Assembly (NCBI GenBank): GCA_964526865.1
Contig: CAZGMX010000007.1
Location: forward strand, 1 to 34,857
Length of the DNA stretch: 34,857 bases
Direction of reading: 5' to 3'
Source of the DNA: an uncultured Actinomycetota bacterium
Lineage (GTDB): Bacteria; Auribacterota; Ancaeobacteria; Ancaeobacterales; CAZGMX01
Position 1 is the first letter of the stretch. Every line of letters begins with the position of its first letter. The position numbers and the translations under genes were made by a program. The notes beneath the pieces were generated by a model, which saw only the letters and a list, made by a program, of their open reading frames with translations, made no database searches and was not told where the DNA came from. Positions 20,601 through 32,600 of this stretch are shown here, piece by piece.

Positions 20601-23600
20601 CAGATTGCCCAGGTCGGCCGTTACCAACTCATTTAATGTCCCGGCACCCGTCGCTGTGGTGGCAGATTTAATGGCGTCATATTTTGTCTTTTCTGTCTGA
20701 AAAGCCGATTTCACGCTTTCGGCATTCGTGATCTTGCCATCCGCTACGTCTAGTGACTCACTCAAACCATTCAGATCATAATAAGAATCCAATCGGTCCC
20801 AATCCGCAGTCGATGTGAATGTCGTAATTGGCAACAATGTCCCGGCAAAATATAGGTCATTGTCAATCGTTGCAGTAATGTTCCAGGCCAAAACATTGTT
20901 AGTGGGCGACGGAGGATTGTTCCCTTCGGGTAGCGCCAAAAAGGTCTGCGCCTCCTGCAGTTTATTATCAAACGTTGATTTGTTGTTTTCCAAATCCGTC
21001 GCCAGCGTGGACATGTTGTAAGACGTCCCGCCCACAGAAATCAGCCACTCCGAGGCATTGCTCGGATTTTTCTGCACATAATTGCCCGTCAGGACCTCCA
21101 TCCGCATCGCCGGCGCTCCACCCTGGGAAATTGTCAGCATGTTGTTGGCATAACCCACCACGGCGCTCGTGCCAATCCTGTCCTGCAGGATGCTTTGAAT
21201 CGCGCTGTCCGGCAGATTGTATTGCGTCTTTATGGAATCGATCGCGCCCTTGAGCGCGGCAATGTCACTGCCGGTCTGCCATACGGAGGCGATACCATCG
21301 ATGGCCGCATCCGCTGTCCGCAATGCCGCAAGAACATCCGTGATCTGCCGCATTGTCATATCGAACGGATCGGTTACACCTTTGTCGGCCAATATGTTGG
21401 CCTCCACTCCCGTGGAAACCAACAGATCATGGTTGCCCGTAACATACGCGCCGATCTTTTCGGGATCATAAAAGAGCCGGCTGGGGTCATCCGCTGCGAC
21501 ATTCGCCGCCCTGTCGGTTTCGCTCAACATCGCGTCATTTGCAAGATACAAGAAGCCGTCTGTGATGGGAGTCCCCGCAGCATCCACCAGCGTAGGATAT
21601 CCCGTAGCCGGGCTTGGAATAATCGTGCCCTGATCCGGCGATGCCTTTGATGGCCCGCCGCTAGCTGTCACGGGCGGCGCATATTTTTCCGCGAACTTGA
21701 CGGCATTCCCGGCCGCATCCGTTACCTGCCGGCGCAATTCCTTTTCTTGCAAGGTTAATACCGCCGGGCTCTGGGTGTTATCGACCGCATACTTGGTAAT
21801 GAATTTTGTCACTGCGCCCGGAGGAGTACCACCAGGGTTCACGCTCCGGTCAATGGTCACGATCTTTATCGGTGTCTTCGAGTTGTTGTCTTGTTCATCC
21901 GTCACATCGCGAGTCCATGCAAGATTGGGATCTATTACTCCCACACCAAGATTGGGGGTTTTTCCTCCCACATAATGACTTGTTGACACTATGTTTCGAG
22001 CGCCAAGATATGTGTAGCCGATCTCGTCTTCTATCACTGCACCCGCCGGACTGCCGCCCGCTTTTAGAACAAAATCCTTGCGCTGGATTGCGCCGGCATT
22101 CTGACCTGTGCCTTGAATATATGCAAACGTCGCCTGGCCGATTTGATTGCCGCCCGCATCCTTTAGGGCCGCAGTGATACTGCCGTCGGTATTCAATCCC
22201 AGATCAAAATCCCGCGCGTTAGCGGCAACAGCGGGATCAAGTTCAGCAGAATCAAACTCAAACGCCGTCTTGACCTTTTCTATCCCCACGATCTGTTTGA
22301 CGGCCGCCAGCGCCTGCGCGTCTGTAATCCCCGCCTTCCGCGAGTTGATCTCCACGTTATCTCTCAGCACATTTGCCGTGTACTTTATATTGTCGGGCTT
22401 GGGCTGTGCAATGGCTTGAATCCGGCCAAGTTCCCTCTGAACACTATTGAACGCCTCAACACAATCTGTGATATCAGATGACGAGCCTTGCAAGAGCATC
22501 AGTGCTTCCGCTTCCGTATTTGCCGCCAATCCAAAACTTGCCGCCACTTGTCCGGAAATCTCGCTGGAATCCATCACGGATTTCATGGAAAACTGCTTAA
22601 TTTGGAGATCGGCCGCATCGAACCTGCCTTGCGTGGCGCTATCGCTGCCAAATCCCGTTACCTGGCTTGTATCGGCCTGGCTTGTGAAAACAAAGACACT
22701 GTTCGTGATCTCTGTCCCCTGTGAATCCCAAACCTTGGGATATCCGGCTGAGACACCGGTTGCGCTATTGCGATCCACAAAATCAAAAGATGCTCCCACC
22801 GTTCTGTTGTCCGTAGTTCCTGGAGTAGAGTCATAGTCAACGACACTGCCGTTGCAGCGCCATTTCCATTCATCAAAAATTACGGTCTCGCTCCCCGTCT
22901 GCCCCTCAAATCTGCGCGCCCTTTCTTTGAGCCCCGCAGTACCGTTCATCCTTATGGGCTGATACGTGCCAGTCTCGGTCATTTCCCTGAAGGGCGTGCC
23001 TGATTCCATCAATCCGGTTGTCTCCTGCGTCGCAACACCGTTCGTGACTTTGAATTTGTTGACAATGCCGCCGTAATCGATAGTGAAATCGACATTGTCG
23101 GGCACATAGTTATCCAAAATTTGTCTTCTCGCCCACCGCGTCATCTCTCCGGGATCAGGAGATTCTGGATATGCGAGATCGTCACTGCGCCTGCTTTCCA
23201 GCTGGCGTTGCATGCTGTCGAAGAATCTGCCCACGTCGCCAAATTCGGACTCGGCCCCCTTTATGGTGATCGCAGGATGCACAGAATCCCCCGGCAGAAA
23301 AGTCTTTATTTCACGATTGTTCACGCCGCTCACCTTCTGCGTGATGTCGGTTTTGATCAGGTTGTATTCGGCATCATACACCCGGGTGGCAATATACGAT
23401 GTGCCTTCTATCGCCGCCGTCAATATGTGTTTATCGCCGCTTTTAATGTGTCTGATGTCGTAAGCGGTCGCGTTAATGTCCGCCCCGACCGCCTTTGTCT
23501 CATTGTTGAATCCGAACGCAGCTGCCACCGCGTCCCTTGACGCCTGATCCTGGGCATATTTGATACCCCACGCGGTTTCGATCTGGGTCATGATGGCCGA

Positions 23601-26600
23601 ATAATCCCGCTGCAACTCGGCAATCTGTGCGGCAAAATTTGGAAGATCGGCAACGTCCATACTCTGCAGGTGCCCCTGAACATCGGTCAACTTTGCAACA
23701 AAAGCAGCGGCCTTGCCGGCATCGGGAGCCTTATGAACATTCCAACCAGAAGGCGACGTTATGCCATTTGCAATGCACAATGCGCCGAATGTCCCGCTGT
23801 TCTCAAGAATCGTCTTTAATGCCGGATCAGGAGTAAAGATTTGGATGTTGCGCGGATCGATCCGGCCGAACGACGCGCTGTCGCTGCCCATCGTTGCATC
23901 GTAGACGGCCTCCGTATAGACCGCATACTTGCCTGTTGCGGGCGAAATGGTAACCGGCCCTGAAGGGGACGTTACCGACCTGCTGTCCTCCAATATTTCC
24001 CCGCTGGGCAGTTTCCACTTCCATATGTCGCACGCGGCCGCGCCCCCCGCCAATGGATAAGCACGCATTCTTTCTTGAAGCACGCTCACCCTGACATTGT
24101 CCGGATCCGAATTATCCGTCAGTGTTTTTTGAGCAGGCGGCATCTCGAATCCGTATTCATGAAACACTCTTTGCGAAGCGGTGTACTCTGTTTTTGTCTT
24201 CGGGACATAAATCTTTTTGCTCGCATCATTTGGATCCTCAACCATCTGCCCCACTTCCCAATTGCCTGTGCCGGGTAGCCCGCCGCCTGGAAGGGTTTTC
24301 TGTTCAAATTTATAGACAAAGTCTCCTTGAACCACCTGGCCTTTCGTACCCACGGGGATTTTTAACGTCGTGACGACGGTCTTTAGAACGTTTTCCAAAT
24401 CAGTCCTGGCAGGGTCTCCGATTGCCGTCTTGAGCGTGTTCCACGCCGTGTCTGTCACCTTCGCCGAGGCACCGCGCAGGGTGAGGACTCGATCCGTTCC
24501 CGCGCTGTTATAGAGCCCCATTTCCTTGAATGCAACCCCGCCCTCTTTACCCGTAACAACGTCGCTCTGGCACTGGGCCACCGGCTTGCCCGCGATCGTG
24601 ACCGTCTTCATGGTCGTCTCAGTCACTGAATAGTTGTCCGAAGTCGTAACACCCACCGTCTTAACCTCCCGGCCGGCAGCCACTTCTTCCGAAAGTGCGA
24701 GTGTCGGTTCACCTTTGATCTTCACATTTTCCACCAGCATGGGGGCGGCCGTAGCAAGCAGATTACGGGATGTGAACCTTGGTATGAATTCAGCCGCTTT
24801 GACATCGTCACTAATACTACTCCAGGTATAGACAGGATTAGTTGGCTGCTGCTGATCCCTTTGCCATACAAAGACCTTGGCGTCTATTTTTCCAGTGGTC
24901 GCGTTTTTTTCATAGCGGACATTCACGGAATAGAACACGTTGGAAGGACTCCCCTCTGCGGCCGGCGTCACCTGATAAACACAATAACTGCTATTTGTGC
25001 CCCGCGTCCCGGTTGCTGTCAGGTATTGATTGTCTTCCATCCTTTGAATTTTGATTTTTCCGCCATCAACAGAAATACCCAACCTGCGATACCCGGTCGA
25101 TAACGCCGCCAATCCGTTATCCAGAATAAAACAGTCATTCTGGCTTGTACCCGGATTTGTAGACGCCTTAATATCGAAACTTATCTCCGGCAGATCTGTG
25201 GTCTTCAAGGGCTTATCGAAAGTCAGTCCGACATAAGTACTCCTGCCCGTCATGGCCAGTTTGGAATCCGAACCAATGGATTGCGAAACAATGGTGTTTC
25301 CATCGCCTACCGGCCCGGTAGCAGTCCAATTCGGTGCGTACGCGCGCATGAACGTCTCTGTCACATCGGGGACAGAATTCCCGGCGGCGTCCGTCGCCGT
25401 TGTCGTTTTCTTTTCACTTTGCAATGTGCCGTTAAGGTATGTCTGTGCCCTCGTCCCGATTTCCGGGGCAGTCAGCGGTACCTCTACAACCCCCGTCACC
25501 ATGACCAAATCGCCGTTCTTGCGCGTGAGTGTCGCGGGTTCCTTGACAGTCGCGCCGTCCAGCCCGTTCACTTTTTCCTGGCTTATGGGCATGGGTGTGT
25601 TCGCTGTCACGGGCAATACAGTGCCTTCCGGCAGAGGAAAAACCTCCGATCCGCCTGTGGAAATCCAGTCACCGCCAACAATATCGTAGGAATAGGAATT
25701 TGTCGTATTATCCAGACTATATGTGCATTTGTAACGGACAGGTGCGCCGCCTTCATAATCATATTGCTCTGTTGTTTTGTAATTCCAAACCCATTTCGTT
25801 GGGTCGGCACAAGTTCCTGTGGGATCGGTAAAGTATTCCGTGTTGAGTACAGTTCTTTTAATTTGATCGCCATCCATTTCCGTCTCCGCCGAATATGGAT
25901 AGGGGTTCCAGCTCGTCCGAGACCCTCCTGAACTGATAAATTTGTTACCTCTTTGAACCACCGTACCGATCACGGTTGGATTGGCCCCCAGCGTAAGGTA
26001 CGTAGTCGTTTGCGCTCCTCCTTCGCTAACCACCTGCTTCGTACAATTGGTGCTATACAGTTGAGGATAGGTCATTCCGGGGACTAAGGAGGCATCTTGA
26101 ACAACCTCGCTGGCCATGGTCTTGACAATGGTCGTTCCATCAGGGCGGTAATAAGTTTCCGTCACTTTATACCCCAGCGTATCGGCATACCCTTGACAGA
26201 TCCGCTCCGACAACTTCTTCCCTTCCCTGGTCCGTGTCGTTGTTGTGGTTGCAGTTGCATAATCCTGAACCGTCTGAAGAACCTCTCCGGAGGGCAGGTT
26301 TTCCACGGTCGTTGTTCCATTGTATGTCTCTGAAATGGTCTTCATCACCGTCCCGTCACTCTTCCTGATCACTGTCATCCAGCCCCCGCCCATCACAGCG
26401 CGTTCTTCTGTATGACCGTCTTTATACGTCATCACATATTTGTCGATCGTCGCCGTGCTGGTATTTCCTGGCGTTGCATAGGTCCGATCCTCCCGTATCG
26501 ATGCAATGTCCGTTGGCGCCCCAGATTTCAGCGAAAACCAATTTTGATAATTCTGGCCGAATCGCGTTCGCATCGTATTCATATGGTTTTTATAGGCTTG

Positions 26601-29600
26601 AGGAGCCGTTGAATCCTCCGGCACGACCCTATAGGTATCAGAACGCTTGGCTTCCAGCCCATTGACATATTCCGATGTGGAATTCATCATGGACGAATTC
26701 TGAATGGTCTTCTTCGGGACTTTTACCCATTCCGTAGAAACAGCGGGGTCGTGCTCAGACCAAGTGCGTCTTACCTCCTTACCTGTCGAATCCGTATAGA
26801 TGACAACCAGCTGGTCCGTTGTTTTGGTCATCACCGATCTCCCCGCCCCTGCAAAAAGGGTTGCATCCGTGTATCTATCCTCGGTGACTTCCTCCAACAA
26901 TCTCGGTGCGTTCCCAACCCATTGATATGTTGTGGTTATTTTTCTGCCGTCCGCATATTCATAAATGCTTTGGATACACCGCCCGCCTGCGGTCGGATTG
27001 TTGACATCGGCAATATTCGATTCGTAAAGGAGGGTTTCCCGCAGGGCAAAAGCTCCATCAATGGTGGTTATTACATCGAGCATATTGCCCTGTACTACCC
27101 ACCTGATGACATCGTCTTCCCACCCCGCATTCGGATAGTTAGGATAAGTGTTGTAGTTAGTACCAGTTCCCGCCGTCGGCGTCACCTTGAATTTCATCAC
27201 GTCCGTTGACGTAATTGTCCCTGTTGCGTTTGGCTGGCTGAACGTTTCTGTCACCCGCGTCTTACTGACGGAATCCGTGATGATCCTTTCCGAACCGCCG
27301 CTGGTATTGTTGTTGATCTGGATAGTCCTCCTCGGATTTTGCGCCGCGTCGTACTCGATGATCTCCGTTTTCTGCGTATTGCCGAAACCTGTAATTTTCT
27401 TCTCGCTCACGATTTTTGTGCCCGTGGAATCCATTTCCTTTTCGGTTGTCAAACCCGTTTGATAATTTGTGTCCCGGATCGTGCGCCCCGCGGCCTGCGG
27501 CGTGCGCTGGAATACAATGTCCTTGATCTGGATATTCGCATCCCACGTACTCCCGTCACCGCCATCGTTCTTCCACTTCAACTGCACGGTCTTGGGCATC
27601 GTGCCTGTCATTTGACCAAGGGAGAAAGGAGTATTTGTCTGGTATTGGGAAGCGCTGGCCGGAATATTCATCGTGCCCTTGCTCACGCCATCAACAAACA
27701 CCTCGACTTGATAGTTTGTGTAGCTGGAATTCAGCGGCGCACCCCAGTTCTTAGCGGACACTTGAATCTGTACATTGGGACTATCACTGCCAAAATCCAC
27801 ACTGTAGTCCAGCGTTTGATCTTGGAATGCAACCTTTTGCGTCGCACCATCATCCAGCCAATTGGCACTTCTGTTGACATACTGAATCGCCGTAAAAGTC
27901 ATGTCCGGGCTCGTCGCTGGGATCTGCTCGATTTTTCGAAGCCGCGTCCCGCCGATATCCCAGTTTTCCACCACGGATTGATTGCCGGCAATGTCAAGGG
28001 TGGTCTTCGCTTTCACCTTTGAACTGTTCGGCGGAGGATATACTTCGCGGATCTCCGTTGTTGTTACCGCACCGGTTGTGTAAAAATCCGTGGTTTGGAC
28101 ATTGCCGACCGTGGTCACTTTCTTTTCATAATTCGTCGTACCGGCTATATAGAATTCCTCCTCTTTTTTTCCTGAGGGATAATAGATCGTGCGGTTATTT
28201 CCGGGCCCTGTGTTGCGATACATCGTGGAGGTCGGAGTCAGCGTTGTGACAATATTGCTAATGGCCGCTTCCAAATCGGCGCCAGACAGCGGTTTCAACC
28301 GGGTGAGCGCGTTTGTAACACACGTCTCCGCCGTACTTAGGTTTGTGGGTCCATTGAGACATATGCTTACATTTCCAACACTACCCGACACAAGCGATTT
28401 TGTGACAACCACACCATACTCCTGCGTAGGTGTCACCCCTAATGCGTCATAGGCGGAGTAGTATTTCTGTTTCTCATAATAACCTGCCCCATCGGGCGTT
28501 CCCGTGACATAGGTCTCTGTTTTGCGCAGTTTCTTGGGCGTCGCAGACGAATCATACACAAAAGATTCTTCCTTCAGCGTCGCAGATCTGCCGGCGGGGA
28601 CTGCAGATGCCTGATGATAGGTGATGGTCTCTTCCTTCCCTGCGGAATAGAACTGGGTCACCGTTGTTTTTTCTTTCAATCTGTTTTTATCCGCCTCTGT
28701 CGCCGGTTCACTAGAACAGATCGTTTCCGTCGTCCGCAGCACGTTACTCACGATTTTGCTCTCCGTCGTTTTATATTTCCCGTTTGGCAGGTTCTGACGG
28801 ACTTCCGTCCTGTCGGCAAAAATATACTTTTTCGCCCAGCTGCTGCTCTGAGCGTCCCAGATGGGAATATACACATTGGTCCCGGCAGGCAATGAATTGA
28901 GGCGGGCCTGTACCGCCGAAACAACAGCGGCCTCGGTTGCCGCAGCAAAATTGGGCACATCTGTTTTGATCTGATTAAAGAAACTCCTCAACTCTTCCTG
29001 CTTGCCTGCCTGGGCAATTTCAACCCACACGGCTAGGGGAGTAGCCCCTTCCCGGCTAGTAAGGCGCCCTTCTGTTTGCGGGACAGTTTGCGCCTGCATT
29101 AGGTCAATCTTGGCTTCCAATTGCGTTCTCGATGAATTGGGATATATAGCGACTGTTTCGCGTGTGTTATAAGCCTTGCTGCTCTTGAAGGGATCCGTGC
29201 CGCCGAATACCTGCGCCAAAGGATACTCCTCTTTCCTTATCCACTTGCCCCCTGCAGGCATGTTGGTCTCGATTTTCGTGACTGTCGTGGGGTCGTTCTG
29301 CTTATAACTTGTAATCACAGAGCTCCCGTCCTGCGGGAAACTGTCGATCATAAATTTATAGCCATCACCGACGACATATTCGCTTCGTGTCTTTACAACC
29401 GTTCCACCGGCATTTTTCCAAGTTGTTTCACGGCCCGTACCTGACACTGTTTTTCCTATTTTGATATATTCCCGCACGCCAGGATTGTTAACCGGGAACC
29501 CGAGATCTTCTCTGACCCGTGAAAAAACAGGGCCGCCGCCGATCTCAAGTACCTCTCCCATGGCGAGACCGGGCAAAATCGATTCTGCGGCAGTAATAAA

Positions 29601-32600
29601 CTGCTGCTGCGTCGTCACACCTTTAAGCTTTGTGCCTGTAGGTTGGAGAGCATTTTCAACTTGACTCAACCAATTTTTGAGCGCATCTGTCTTGCCCCCC
29701 GCATTGATGTTGGCGTAAAGCGTTACACGATTGTCCGTAACGTACCCTGCTCCACTTATTGGCTGGGATATATCTGTCCAGTCCCAATATTTCGCTCGCA
29801 GTTTTTTAGGCGTAACGCCCGCATCAAGAATATACTCATTGCGGCTGTATTTGGTCGTATCTGTCCGGTTGACATTTTCCGTCTTCCACACTTCACTGCC
29901 CACACTGCCGCTGGCAGTAAAATCCTGATTGGTATAAACGACGGTCTTTTCCACCCGGTTAAATGGCAGCGCCGCCCCTCCCCCTGTTATAAAACGATCA
30001 CTCACCCACACGGGTGTACCCGTACCCACCTCCGTCGCCTTCCATTCATTCGCCCCCGTCCGCTCCAGTGTAAAGCTCCTGTTGGGCGGTCCGCCGGGCA
30101 GGGTGGGCAATTCAATCTTTTCGCCGATTTCCAGCGGCGTCGCGGACGCCGGCAGTTTTTTAACCGCAGCGATGATTGAGTCAGCGTTGGTTAGATCAAC
30201 ACGTTTGGCAGGATCGGGATCACTAGCTAGCCTTTTCAGTTCCATCAAGCGGCTGTTCGCCTCTGTCTGCTTGCCGGCAGACCATGAATCTTTTAAGTTG
30301 AGCACAACGCTTTGGCCGTCCGCCCCCATGATACTTTCTTCATGGCTGAAAATGTCATATTTCTCTGGTGTCGTAGCCGTAGCACCTGTCACGGGCCCGC
30401 GTTCTTCGACAATACGAACAGCGGACTTATCCGGATTTGCTGGATCGTATCCCGTGTAATATTGAGTCAAGTAATCCGTCTGCACCTGAACATGGGTACT
30501 CCCTGCGATGGGGGTCGTGGTGTCTTTAGTGATTGCATAAGACACATTGGCTATACGTCCGATCTTGACGTTATCCACCAGTAAGGGAGCGGGACCGTAC
30601 ATTGAAAAAATAAAGTCTTGCTCCTGGTTCGTCCCATTGAAATCGCATATTTTATCGTCCGCAGCACCGGCAATCCCTTTTTTATACAACGAAAAACGCA
30701 ATTTGCCATCTTCATATAAAGCTTTTATTTTATAAGTGGAATTCTTATCTATCTCTTTTATGAACATCGCATTGTTACTTGCTTTGCGCGTATCCCACAG
30801 ATATGCCAAAGTTTTTCCGCTATACGGGCCCCCAAGGTCATCGGCAAAGGCCAGCTCATAACTACCAAAGCCCACTCCAGATCCGTATTCGCCACCAGCA
30901 AAATTGACATCCAATTCCAGTGTTGGTTTGCTTGCTATTTCGAGGGTGTTTCTTAACTCCAAGCCACCATAGCCGGTAATTTGCGCCTGTCCATTTTGCA
31001 GAGAAACGCCTGAATTCACTCTCCATATGTTTTCGTCAATAGCTTGGTTTTGAAAACTGTCGGCCATTACTTGCTGTTCGACACGCTGTGCCCTGTGATA
31101 CCTCTCCTCGACCACATTATTCGCCTTGTAATCAGTCCGTTTACACAGCATCTCGCCATCGGGTGTGCCCAATATGTAATCCTCCTTCCACTGTGGATTG
31201 CCATTGTCTGTGAACGTCCGATATTTCATCCACCCTTTCGTCTCCGTTGTGAGCGCTTCGGTTGCGGACACCTTCTGGACATCCTTGATAGAGGTGAGGT
31301 ACCCCATTTCAACATTGTCCAGCTTCAGGGGGGCACCACGGGTAAACATTGCGAGATTTGGATTAAAACCAATTCCGGCGACCGTTACCACTTGGGACGA
31401 CGGCGGTTTCTGTGTGCCCCTTTCATAGACATATAATTGCGCGGCACCTTGAACAATTTCGATCTCGGTAACATAGAATTTTGATGGATCGATGCGGGTT
31501 GAAATCAATTTGACAGCATTGCCTGACGAATCTGACAATAGCGACGGCGCCGCATCCGGCGGAACCATCTTTGCCATATAAAAAAAGTAATTGTTCGAAC
31601 TGGGGTCCTTGCAAGCATAAACTCCCAGCCGTTTCGATGCCACACCAGCATTTTCGTTCTTATTGTTGATCTCGATAAATGTTCCGGAGAGATTTTGCGT
31701 ATCCACCTGAAACTCAACTTTAAAGTACGGGTTCCTCGCCCCGTCGAGGGTATCGCGACCAACGATTTCTGCCCAGTAACCATCTGTTCTTGAAATGTGG
31801 GTTACCCCTTGTGTTATTTCCTGATCAGTTTGTCCAAAAGCAGTATCGGGTGTACCCGCAAAGAGCCGTGTCATATTTCGAAAATCTGAGAAATTTTCTG
31901 TCAGTTGTACCTGCTGCCCATCTCTTGTCACTGCGGGAATTGTTATTTCCTTTGTCTGTGCCACCGCGCCGTCGGATCCATATTGATACTGCTTGCGCGT
32001 GTTGCCGTCTTTCACCTCCGAATATTGTTTTCTGCCCAAGGCATCACAATAATCGGTGGTCACCTTCGTCCCTGCTGTTGTGGTTACCGTAATAAGTCCC
32101 GTCTGGGCATCTATGTGAGCAACCGAGCCCGGTCTCCAGGACGCGTCTGCTGTTGTGGCAGTGATATTTGTTATATCCTCTACCGGCCCGCCTTCTACAA
32201 ATGTCATTCCATTCTTTATTGCGCCGTTCTCATAAATGAACATCGTAACAGTTCCGCTGCCCCTCTTCATGACCGTGCCATTTATGATTTGCTCCGCACC
32301 GTCCACCATTCTTATGGTAGTTCCCCTCATGATGGTGAATCCTGATACCCCCATAACGCTGACAGTCGGTGTTGCGGCATCCACATCATAGACCACTGTG
32401 CCATCCAGCAACTGTTTTAGTTCGGCGAGAAGGTTTGCGGCTTTACCCACCGCTCTGGCTTGGCTTGCCACAACCGCACTGTTCACCGGCACTTCCGGGC
32501 TAATTGTGTCGGAAATAAACCGGCGGCTTATTTCGCCTGGAACATTCGTGCGGCACCTAGTCTTTTCCAGATACACATCCGGTGGGGGAGAAACATTTGC

